Source of the DNA: Catajapyx aquilonaris
Lineage: Eukaryota
Assembly (NCBI GenBank): GCA_000934665.2
Contig: KZ538104.1
Location: 1 to 64,000, forward strand
Direction: 5' to 3'
DNA length: 64,000 bases
Shown here one piece after another: positions 52,911 to 64,000 of the stretch. The number at the start of each line of letters is the position of its first letter. The first letter of the stretch is position 1. The notes beneath the pieces are model-generated. The model saw nothing but the letters and a program-made list of their open reading frames with translations. It was not told where the DNA came from and did no database searches. The translations under genes and the position numbers were made by a program.

Positions 52911-55900
52911 TAGAGGGTTTAAAACATTCAACTTTGGGCATGTGCATCTTTCTAAATATGTTGTCGTGTAAGCAAATCAGTATGCGCGGGCCAGATTGAT
53001 TTTTAAAGAAAGGGATAGGAAGGAGAGGGGCTGGGGAGTGTGGGGGAAGAAAAGAACCTGATTTTTACAAGGGGTAAAGTTGTGGTTGTCCTGGGGGCAA
53101 ACTCCGATTTGAGATGATGAGTCCCAAAATTGTAGTCGAGCGAGATCATTAGTCCGATGGATCCCAGATTGATGAATCGTGCAGATAAAGACCTCTGCCC
53201 GGACCTGTGGGGCCTGCCCGGGAGAAAATCATGCGGTTTATGTTTGTTTTACCCACCACCACCACCACCACTACCAGGCCTCCTCCGACCACCCATACGC
53301 ACAAAAAATGGCTAAAACGTGGATTTGGCTGCAAAATGGCCAAGGCAGTTGGCAGGGATCCATGCAGCTCCTTGACTGGCCCCCTGTTAGCAGTGTCCCC
53401 TCGGGGGCTTGCTCTGCCTGCTCTGCATTCATCATCAGATGCCTCGCATTTTATAAAACACAAACTTGGGGTGGGTATAGGAGGGGGTGTTTGTAGAGAG
53501 AGGGGGGAAAGGGGCCTCTCTTCTCTCTCTCTTTTGATGCACCTGGTTGAAAGGTGTGTGGTCCCACGGACGCCCTGCAGCCAAAGTGTTGATGGCACAC
53601 GGAGCAGAGCATGGGGTATATAAGAGGGCCCTGGGGCTCTAAAGAGTAGCTCTTGCACGATGTGCTGGGGCTTTTTTTTGTTGGTTTTTCTGTTTGTTTC
53701 TAGCAGGGGGATATGTGTTTTTTTAGATGAAAGATTGGTGCTGTTTGGAGAGCGAAATGTTGCAAATGCGGGTGGGTTTTTGCTGTACGAGAAATTCTGC
53801 AAACTCGCAGCTTTTGGTGCAATTTCGGATTTAAGCTTCTGTAGAATTTTCAGGATTAAGTTGATTTTGTGTAATCGATTGTCAGCACGACACACCTGCC
53901 AACTTCCAGATAAACCTCAAAATTGCCTCTTGTTAAAAACTAGGATTTCACTTGGTCCTTCTTGAAAAACCCTAACCACACACCACTGCTAACAATGGCC
54001 TTCGCAGCGCTTAGGACTCGACAAGCAAGCAAAGCAGAAGTCTTCAGTTTGGATGGGGAAAGAAAAAGGCTGAATTGGCTAATTATTGCCCTTCCACGCA
54101 CGGGGGTTGAAGGGGGGGGCGTGGTCGCAATTTTTATGCGCTGTCGTAAGTTCAGCATTTACGGTAAGACTGCATTTTTACAGGCAGAACGTGAACGGTA
54201 GTTTTTGAAGAAAACGATGGACATGTTGCCTCTCTTGTGCTAAGCATTTTACACTTTTGGTCGCAATTAATATTTTGTCAATTTCGTTTTAATCTGCTGG
54301 TTACATAATATGTATTAATTATTTGGTAGGAAGTCGGTCCACGTGCTGTGTCCATTGTGTATGAATCTCGCGTGCGGTTGTTGGGCAGACGCTGACGTCA
54401 GCAGGCTGTTGTATGGTAAACAAGACTTATAGTGGTTGTCACTTGAGGGAACAGTCAACAGACAACGCAGGCGCCCGTGACCTTTGAGGGTCGCTTCCCC
54501 CCTCCTCATATTTTGGTGTGGTGGTGGCGGCGAGAGCGAGAGAGAGAGAAAGAAAGAGAGGCTTGTCCAAAGGAATGCAATCCTATCACCCGCAGCCTCT
54601 CGCAGCGTTTGCATTTAAAGTGGACTTTTCTCGGAGCGGTCAGCTGTCAACCGCAACATCCTCACATCTCTGTTAGCTCAACCTTGACTGCACCCACCCA
54701 CCTTTATCTGACATGCCTTCCATTATTTACCATCCTGACACATCTGACCCCCGTGGGAAACGACGGGGTCAGCCTACACGTCCTAATGAACTTATCACGC
54801 CTCCTCGACTATCCATACACAATTCACTTTTCGCATCGGAACCCCTGTCCGACGATTGTCAATAAATTCTGCGACAATTTGAACTCGCTTTCATTCAATC
54901 AACAAAGTGGCTGGCCAGCAATATTAGCTGCTAATAAATAATTAGGCTTAGGCCCTATACTGAAAGCATTGCTATAGATGAGTTAGTGTAGACTTCATCT
55001 GAAAAGTTAGGTGCTACAGGCCGTACGGTGAGAGTGTTGTAAAAGTTGGGTAGAGCAAGAATTGGCCTGAAAAGTCTGCACAAATATTCCAGGGAGTGCT
55101 CCGCAATAGTTCCAGGAAATTCCTGAGGGGATTCCCCCAAAGGAAGTTACTCCCGGTGTACACTTTTTTTTTTTCCTCCTTCCAGCGCAGTGATTTACGT
55201 TCCGTACGAGGAGGCGCATCCGAAAAGACAGCGTTTTGGTGCAGAGAAATGTGCGCCAAACACGCGGCCATGATGGATGGAAAGTGAAAAAAAAGGAAGA
55301 AGAGGAGGAGGAGGAGACCACATCCAGCGAGATTAGCTGTCAGCGAAACTCTCCTGGACCCCTCTGGGCAAAAGTCGTGTTCACCGTCGTGCTGGCTCTC
55401 CCGCGATGCTGAAGGTACCTTACCAAGACATCCGAGTAGGCTCTTCAATCTGCTTCCATTTTCGACCACATTTTTCACCCAACATTCCCCCCCCTTCTAA
55501 CTATTTTTTGGCTGGAAGGTGGAAGGCTCCTCTGGTTCCTTCGCGTTACGGGACACATCAGTCTGCGTCGCCACCTTTCCATGAGAGCCATCATTTATTT
55601 CTCTTTGCTCTGCCGGTAAGTAATGTGAGTCATGCCTCGAGCCACACCGAGCCTGCTCTGCCAACGTTTGTTTGTCCTTTAATGCGTAAATATGGAGCGT
55701 GTTAAATAATTTAAATTGGACCCGAGGCGCCTTCAGGTTTTTGAGAAACCAGTCTGTCGGATTATGCGCAGATAGTTGATAAAAAAATTGCGATCTGCGC
55801 AATGTCATCTTGCGATCTGCGCAGTGGGTTGTTAAATATATGCGTCTGCGCAGCGACTTTGGGCGTTTTCTAACGGCCACCTGCGCACCTGTGTGTCTGC

Positions 55901-57739
55901 CCGCATTATCGGGGAAATTTACAGTACCTCTTGTGTGCACAGTAATTTATGAGGTGCTTCAAAACGACAATGGAGATCTCTTTTATTATGTAATGACAAC
56001 TATAAATTATTCGACCGCAAAAGCTACGTTAGGAGCCAGTCGGGCGGGGCTCCTGTTTGGATTCTAGTTACAGTAGTTTTAACCTGGTTTTAATTCAGCG
56101 GATCGTAATAATTGAAGGGGCCTGCAGAAGGAGATCCAACCCATTGCAGTGCGGTATGCACGCACCGGTGAATATTAAGCGATGTTTAAGCGGTATATTT
56201 GCAAGCGCTCGGTTTCGGCTTGCTGCTTTGCTTGCTAACATTTGCTGGTAAATAAAGTCAGAGTCACGGAAGACCGAATCGGATGACAACACACGATGCA
56301 AGTGCCGGAAACTTTACCAAAATGCCATTGTTTTGAGGCCGGGCTATGGTCGGAGGAGGGCACTTGGAGGAAGAACCGATGTCATGTAGCCCCATGATCC
56401 AAATGGATGCTGAGGTCGGGAAAGTGACACTTCAGGACCGGTGTCGGGCCCGATCAATTTTCACGTTTGAGGGAACTGAAACAGCCCATGATGTCAACGC
56501 TATCGGGATCCAAAATCCGCATTGTGTATATACAGTACGGAATTATTGCATCGGCGGCCTCGAAAGTCAGGAAAGTCTCTGAGAGAGATACGATAATGAA
56601 AGTACACTTGATGCTTGTATTGGAAGCACAGAACTTCAGCAAATAGTTCAAGGCCTTGTTGCATTGGAGGTACTATACCATTGGCACCCTGATGGTCGCA
56701 TGATGTAACTAAGCTAATGAGGTGCCATCAGGTTTTGGATCGTGGGACCCAGCAGGGGTGCAAATGTTACCTTTCAACGAAATATCCAGGAGTAATATCT
56801 TATAAGACCGATCGGAGATGTCAGTTCCCACAACAATTAGGCGGCTCTAAAATAAAATGCAGCCAGGAAATGAATCAAATGGGTATAAAACCAGTTGTGT
56901 CAGCCATACGACGTCGAAATTACAATAATTGTAACGAAATAAAAAATTGTTAAAAGCAGTTAAAAATTTGCGGCGTACGTTGTATAGCGAAAGCACTGTC
57001 TTGTAATTTTTGTATCTGACATTTGTTCATCGGACCATATCAGCTATATGCAAGACTTTAAAAATACTCGGAATAATTATGTCAACGTTGAACTCAGCGG
57101 CTCGCGTTTTCACATCACAAAAAAATCAGATTGTGTCCGTTAACTCAAATGAAGTGCTGTGGTGCATGAAGAATATCATTAAATATTTATGTATGCATCA
57201 GTACCTCTTTTTTCTCAAAATATGTGCGTTAAATTTAAAAATGGCACATCCAATCAATCCAGTGGAGGGATGGACCTACGAAGGGCTAAAAACTAGTCTT
57301 TCAGAAGACATGTTTATTTAAGGGAATTTTTAATATCTTATTCGAACATTTAATGTGAGTTATTAGGGTCCGCATTTTTTTTTATTTCCCCAGAAGATTC
57401 CAAGCATGCACCTAAATTAATTCTTCCAAGTAGCATTTACTTATCTTTGTGGTGCTTTTTTTACAAATTTTTTTGCGGGCTAGAAGAGGAGGTGGTCTTC
57501 CACCTTGAAATTTTTACCTGGAGACGGATCAGGTAGGGAGGGGATAACATGCACTGTGTAATTTTCCCGAACAGAAGGCCAGTAAACTATATGGTGTTGA
57601 AATTTAACCCCCTCTACCCCCATTTTCCCAAAAACCAGATCTCTCGTCCCCCCCCCCCCTCTTCTAACAGATTCCGGGTGCGCCACTGCTTTTAAAGTAC
57701 CGGTACCTCAAAGTACAACTTGCTACTTAGGTAACTTAT

Positions 57740-58910
57740 ACAAAACAAAACTGCAGCTGCCGGAACTCAAACTTGCCGGGCATAATTTTGCGCAAAAGTT
57801 ATATTCTGCGAGGCTCGAGCTATACATACGCCGGGGCTTCGTTGAAGCTGCCATTTTTATCAGAGCAACTTTTCTCCAAGACTGATCCCGAGTTTTATAC
57901 ACTGTGCTACGGTCGAGTGAGTAAATTCGACTACGGTATACCAGCTTTTTTTTCTCCCTCTGGAGGCCATGAAAATCGGTGTCTCGACCTGCATTTTTAT
58001 ACGGAGCCGGTAATCTGCGGCAGGCCAGAAGTGGAGGGTAGTGCAACTTATATACGATTTTCAGGGAGGTCGGAGACTTGCATCGATCTCTTGGCGGAAA
58101 AACGTGTGAATATTTCAAACGACTTTTCCAGTGGACCGACGGAAAAGACGACTTCGGGGCGTCGATGCCACAGACTGCTTCATGATTTATTCTTACGGTA
58201 CCTGCACCACTAAAACCAGAATGATGCACGTCACTATACGAAAACAGGATCAATCGGAGGTTGGCTAAGCTGGGACTGGCCAGAAGGATAGGTCACCGTA
58301 CAAGTCGCGGTTAAGCTGTGGAAGCAAAGGTTAACAACTTCTTAAATTATCTGGAGGATGCCATGAGAAAATGGATGCAAAGTTCGTCGTACTTTAGAGC
58401 AAACGACGACATGGTTGGGCTCCTCTTCCTTTTCTTTTCAATAAAGTATCCGAGATGCACTACGTCGTGGTCGGGCTGGAACAGGGCATGATAAATGCTC
58501 GACTCTTTTAGCACGGTTTTCACGTGAAGATCGATGCAAACTTGGAATTGAGGGAAATGAGTTTTCCAGTCCAGAAGAAGGCAAAGGCACAAAAAATGTG
58601 CGCACTTGCCCGGAATTTACATGTGCTACGGTGGCACACACTGGCCAATAAACTTGACCCGAATTTGCAGTAGTAGCCATTGCCTGGTGTCCGTGTAATG
58701 AAAGTAGTTGGCAGCCAGACGCAGCAGCAGAAAGTGCTCCTTGCTTGCCTAATGGGCGTCGGAAAAAGACCAGGCTCTAATGAGTTTAGGTGCCTGGAAT
58801 CGCATTGCGGTATGTACCAACAGTTACACACTTTTCTCCTTATTTACCTACATCGTCTCCTTGCCGAAAAAAAATATGATCCGAGGATCAACCCTTTTTC
58901 TCTGTAAAAA
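57740..58910 (+). pseudogene. Coding-like relic of unknown origin (possible decayed transposon or viral insert)
   Basis: About 1.2 kb of balanced-composition sequence with few homopolymers. It holds a 146-aa plus-strand ORF (57773-58213), an antiparallel 176-aa ORF, and further protein-like fragments in shifting frames up to 58907. No domain confidently recognised. Confidence 0.2.
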
Positions 58911-61325
58911 TCATCATGGCTTCAGAACCGATGTTTCTTTCATCCAGGCTGTTATTTTAGGTCAACTAGATGCTGATGTCTTCCGGAAGCTATCTAACAT
59001 CTCCCGATGGTGAAGCGGGCCAACTGGCCCCGGGGCAGAAACCGGTTAACCCCGGAAGAGTAACAATAATAACAAGGTTGAATTATTTCTGGAGGGCTCG
59101 TTAATTCTTAATCCAGGAGTTGACGTGGGTGTGACAACTAGCATCGCGCAACTATTGTACAAACCATGGCGTGGGAGAGGGGGGGGGGATAAGGGGGTTA
59201 TTTTCACACTGGCCGTGCTAATTTGGGCCGTGACTTATTCAGGGACAGAGCGTGGTTTTTTTTGCGGGTGGATGAGCTAGTGGGGTCACCATCCCTTGTC
59301 AAGTGAAGGCATGTTGGATGAAGAATTTTCCCGAGGAACATACTCTGAGCCCAACACAGAGGCCATTTGCCCTCGTATCCAGAAACAAGCAGCGCCGCCA
59401 CTGTGAAGTCACCTGAAGCAGTGGTTGTGCCCTAAAGTGTCATGGCGACTAGAGTCATTGCAGTGATGTTTTGAGTCCAAAATGTTTCCTTTCGATCGAC
59501 TGTTTTGCTGAGGTTGTTGGCTTTTTAGCAGATTGGAGGGGGGTGGGAAAGGACGGTAACAGCAGTTAAACAAAAACAATGTACATTTTGGCATATTTAA
59601 TTGCTTCTTTGAGACGACTTGACTCTTTGACGTAATAGCAACTTATGTTTTTCAACGATCTGTACGGTATTGGTTCATTCTTCCAATAAAATTTAATCTG
59701 TCGCAAAATTTTCTCTCCCTTCCTGAAAACAAGTTCAGAAATGATGTAATCTCTTACTGTCTAAAAATTATTATTATTGTCAACAGTGTCGATGCTTCCT
59801 CAGCATAAAATGGGCTTTAAGCTAATAAAAACCATGCCTGTAAACTGTAAAGAATTTATATAACTAGTGCCAGGACCTAGATTTACCCCCTGGAATCTCC
59901 GGCTGGTTGAACTTTTTTGATATCGTCCAGGAATATATTAAACAGCACAGGGTCTCCCAAAGTTTCTTCAAAATATGTCAGCCACATTTTTTGTTCTATT
60001 GATCTAGTCAGTTGGTCCCAGCTACTGTTCCATGCAATATCTTAGGAGTTAGAAGACAATTGAGAGTCGATGAAAAAGATCTTAGAGTATCTTCTTTTTG
60101 ACAAAAATCTGTGCCTGATATCCGGACTGAATGGCCTGATCATTTCTCCTTGGATAATATTCTCAAACCGAATAGCTTTTTGGCGCAATATCGTGTGGTG
60201 TGTTTAATGCAAAATATTTCGGGGTGTAGTTCTCCCATCTCCCTGGAGTTAGTTTAGCTAGGTATAGAAGGGGAGTGGGATCGAATTCCTGCGGCTGGCA
60301 ACTCTTCGCCTGGAGCCTGATGTGTCCGAAAAGGCGGCGATGATAAAGCGGTTCCCATCGCCTCTCTCCCCGGATCCTCTCTCTTTCCTCTCTTCCCAGT
60401 GCTGGCCCACCGCGCCCTTTCTGGCAATTCGTCTTTGTAAACGTAGATTCCGGGCAATGAAGCAGAAAAGCGAGTTGGCGGTGGTGGTAGGAGGGGGATG
60501 GGTGGGTGCGAAAGAGGAAATGAGAAGTAAACATGGCGGTCGTATGTCGGGCCAGAGCCCGAAAAGCGGCTTCCAACTGCCAGGAATAACACGTGTGTAG
60601 CATCTGCTTCTCATCTATCCCGCCAAGCTCCCATAGAGTCACATCTCCGGTCCAATAATTACTTTTAACGACTCCCTCTGAACCCCGGGGCCGCCCTAGC
60701 CTCCTTTTTTTGCCATCCGATTCTCGACATGACTGTCATTCAAGCTAAATTGGAAATTTGTACCGGGCCCGATGCCACCCACTCCTTCCAATAATATAAC
60801 AACAACAAAAAATATATACGTGGCAGTGAGTCTCGAAATTTTGGAGAATAAATTATAGCGTGACAGTGGCGCCACAAAAATTACAACAATGGAAAAAAAC
60901 GAGACATTTACGGTACACCAAAGAGAACATATTGGCAAAACAGTATGCTGTTCAGGTCCTGAAGACAACAATCAGAAGGTCAATTCGTAAAGTTTAACTT
61001 CACGATTCTCCTCGCAATATATAGTTTTTAACATTTTATGTTGCTGAAGTTGTTTTGACGTACATTAGCCTATTAATAATATTGCCACGTTTGGGACTGA
61101 TGTGAGCCAATGTCAATATTGTCTAACGAGGGTATAGGGTGACATAAAGTTTTTTTGTCAATATATAATATTGCTTTATGAATTGATCCGCTACCCAAAA
61201 ATGCCCTTTGGTTAGTCCATAATTATTGTGCTGCATGACAGGGATTTGCATGTGACTCTCTGTCGAATCTGTTCAGTTTAATCATATAAAACGGAGAAAA
61301 ACTCCAATAAGTATTAGTCTATCTG

Positions 61326-61426
61326 TAGCGGTTCCAACCTGAGCTCTAATAAGAAAAAATGTATCCTGTGCAGTGGGCCTGGGTCATGGAAAGAAACTTT
61401 TCAGGAGAAAAGGTTATGAGCCACTT
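61326..61426. mobile_element. Possible decayed hAT-type MITE
   Basis: Left TAGCGGTTCCAACCT and right AGGTTATGAGCCACTT are weak inverted repeats resembling CAGTGGTTCCCAACCT-type hAT termini. No 8-bp target-site duplication verified. Confidence 0.2.
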
Positions 61427-62580
61427 CTAGCTCATCCAAATAATTGAGATCCCAAAGCCGGAGACGCATAAGACAAGATTGGAATTTACAAATAAAGCAA
61501 CAGTGAGCATAGATATACAATATGGCCACTGTTGCTTTATTTGTAAAGTATTGAGCAGTTTGTCATTACTATTATTTTAAAAAAAACTCCTAGATACATA
61601 CTTGGTAGAGCTGAACCTTGTAAGGTGTATACCGGTACCTGACTTTCAGAGGACCATATAACCTTCCGGGGAGTCTTCATGACGATATTAAAACCAATTG
61701 CTGTAGTAACGAGGTCTGAGTTCACCCCTAGAAGTGTATCGTTTCGTTAGCGGTGAGATTCCGGGTATTCCCCGCATCTCTCCTCCGTCCTACTGCCCTG
61801 ATTGGTCCCACGGGAGCTCGTCTGCAACATTCATGCTGCCAACTGCTCCATTTTAATGCCTCGATTCTTCAGGCTGAAGACGAAGGAGCCCTCTGGCAGC
61901 TGCCACTGCGGGTTTCCCAGGAGGGGTGCTGGCCCCGGCTATATTTTATACCACGCTCTCAACACAAGTGTGCTGACTGATCACTCCGGATTCAAGGCGG
62001 GGTAGGTGGCCAGGCGGTGGGGGCAAAAACAAATAAAAAGTATAATATAAAAAAAGGAGCAACTGTTCATAGCCGGCTGCCAAACTGGTTGGGCTGTCTT
62101 TGCATGTGTGCAGGGATATCACGTGATGGCACATATCACGCCTACTTCTGACTATGCCTAAGCCAATAGGATTTTCAGTACTTGCCTTTCTCTGACTTCA
62201 TGGGGCCCCACCGGAATGAAAATCCTCGAGTGGGCACCACAAATGAGGTTTTAAATATAGACATGTTTTTTTGGAAAAGGGGGGAGTGGGAGGAGGCAGA
62301 GTGTATATAGAGCCGTTTTCTTGGAGTTGTAATTATAAACCGTGATTAACGATTTGGTCCCGGTTGTAATCTGCGTGCCGGTTGTCACTGTCTCACAGAC
62401 TCATCATCAAATATTTTTAATATTAAAAATATATAAATAACCTGGTGTTCCACTCATTCTGTCTCCTTCTGGTTCTAAATACAGTTACGCCAAGTCGATA
62501 ATTATAACACTTACTTATGGAGCAGGGTTATCCATAATGAGCAGTCCACTCAGAACAAACCATGTGTTTTGTTTTACAGT

Positions 62581-62601
62581 TAATAATAATAATAATAATA
62601 A
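62581..62601 (+). repeat. (TAA)7 microsatellite
   Basis: Direct reading of the sequence. Confidence 0.9.
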
Positions 62602-62752
62602 TTACATACCTTCATCGCATTTTCTCCTATAAGGAGCATAGTCAGAATAATTGTGTGATTTTATAAAGGGGGTTAACTTGCGTCGCTTTCATGGTAACTA
62701 ACTGCTCATTATGATCAACACCAATTCAATCATTTTACATATTATTATTGTA

Positions 62753-62861
62753 GAGGATGACTCTAATGTTTGGACACATGAAATACGAGTAATATTGTAT
62801 TGTTGGTTGACAATTGGTATTCTGGCAACCAACTGTGTTTCCAGACCTTAAAGTCACCCTG
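62753..62861. mobile_element. Tc1/mariner-type MITE, diverged second copy of the 52817 family
   Basis: Left TA|GAGGATGACTCTAATGTTTGGACAC matches the 52817 left TIR at 19/25 positions. The right end is GTTTCCAGACCTTAAAGTCACCCTG|TA. Internal TAATATTGTATTGTTG matches TAATATTATATTGTTG in the first copy. Confidence 0.65.
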
Positions 62862-64000
62862 TAGTAATGAATTCAGGTGATTTTAGAAATGAAACATTGC
62901 AGAAAAGTACAGGCCCATGTATACCATTTTTGCAAAAGTCCATTTTCAAGGAGAGACACGTATAACAAAAACCAGCACTCGAAATTTTTTGTCCTCTATC
63001 CACACTATTTTCTGCAGCTTCGAGTGGACAACCCTTTACATCAAGAGCCGATCATTTCTCAAGGAATTCCGTCCGGGATTTCCTTGTGATTACCTCTCCG
63101 ATATAGGCACGTGGGATTCCCCGGTGTGCATGATGCCGGTGCGTTGACCACTCGTCGGTTACTATATATCCCCCACCCCCTCCCCATTGGCACTTCCTAG
63201 AAATACAGTGTCAGAAAGTCGATAAAAGGTTGCAGTCATGGCAATTTCGCCTGTGGGGGGTTGAAAGTCAGTTGGGCCTGCGAAAAAAAAAGTTAAGTCC
63301 CGGAACATTGAGAACTCCGGTTTTTCAATGGAGGTTTGCTGGTGGAAGGAATATCGAGTGATTCCTGCCCGATTCCCTCGGTGCGTGAGGGTTTTTGTAT
63401 ACCTTCCGTCCGCCCACTTTTTATAGTTGAATGTACACCAAACTCGCGGTGGTCCTTTTTGCGAAAACCCCTCCGCCCCCTCCTATACCCCTTCCCCGTC
63501 TTTAGAAGTGGCGGAGTAAAGGCTTCTGGCTCCCGGAAAAGGCAATTACAAGAGTGCAGGGCTGGGTTTCTCTGGTGGGGAGAGGCGAAAAAGGATATGG
63601 AAGCCGCTTACCCACTGGCTTCCTGCCCATGAAAAGCCTTCCCGAGTTTCCTTTTGACAAGGCATCATGGCCAAGGAGATGGAAAATTTTCTTCCCAGGG
63701 GGGCCAGACCAAATTTGACTTTTTTTTCCGGAGCTCATGGGGCAGCAAGGAAGGGGTAGAACCCTCCCTGATTTCTAATCTCCGGATACGTATTCGACTC
63801 CTCTACTTGCTGGGGGATTCAACACTTTTCTGCCAACTATGTCTGCGGGCGGTTCATTAAAACCGAAAGTTTGCAATATTTTTCTTATGTTTGTATTCGG
63901 TGCCAGGAGGGGATGGGGGGTACAGGGCGGCACCGGCGAACTCTTTGCCCTGTAAATACCCCGTAAACCTTGATTAAATCGCGTTAGGTGCGAGCGAACG

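Noticed and set aside
53149..53895. Longest ORFs in the track (248 aa here, 201 aa at 3581-4186, 181 aa at 45823-46368)
   Set aside because: Translations are dominated by microsatellite- and homopolymer-derived runs, contain no recognisable domains and have overlapping ORFs on both strands, as expected for spurious ORFs.
56320..56500. Minus-strand fragments IMGCFS..PT..LDH..SDHSP resembling AP-endonuclease motifs (GDFN, PT, LDH, SDH) of LINEs
   Set aside because: Motif spacings are too short, the key Asp/Asn residues are absent and the frame has two stops. Not distinguishable from chance without a profile search.
61640..61728. Minus-strand LVTTAIGFNIV..W...Q resembling the ARF GTPase switch region
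   Set aside because: The DxxG motif is missing, the spacing is wrong and there is no P-loop exon nearby.

Overview
Eukaryotic genomic DNA, most likely from an invertebrate animal (this is inferred from composition and repeat types). The window is essentially non-coding, either a large intron or a gene desert. None of the listed ORFs gives a recognisable intact protein, and I found no rRNA, tRNA, snRNA, known miRNA or CRISPR array. GC-richer blocks with G/C homopolymer tracts and many TAAT/TTTAT motifs alternate with AT-rich spacers. Best-supported features: (1) a 25-bp AT-rich tandem array at about 2.0-2.45 kb that reverses orientation internally to form a roughly 270-bp palindrome; (2) two inverted copies of a small non-autonomous Helitron-like element (40361-40576 minus, 47342-47644 plus) with 5'-TC and a 3' hairpin, one ending in CTAG; (3) a Tc1/mariner-type TA-flanked MITE family (52817-52910, 62753-62861, and possibly 5616-5669); (4) a degenerate GAGTG/CACTC foldback element at about 36.5-36.85 kb. 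Weaker signals are a possible exon end at the window start, decayed coding-like segments at 42.4-44.8 kb (one with a Ulp1/C48 protease-like motif pattern) and 57.7-58.9 kb, candidate promoters, and a triple-hairpin cluster at 15.7 kb. I could not support a new complete biological system from this sequence alone.
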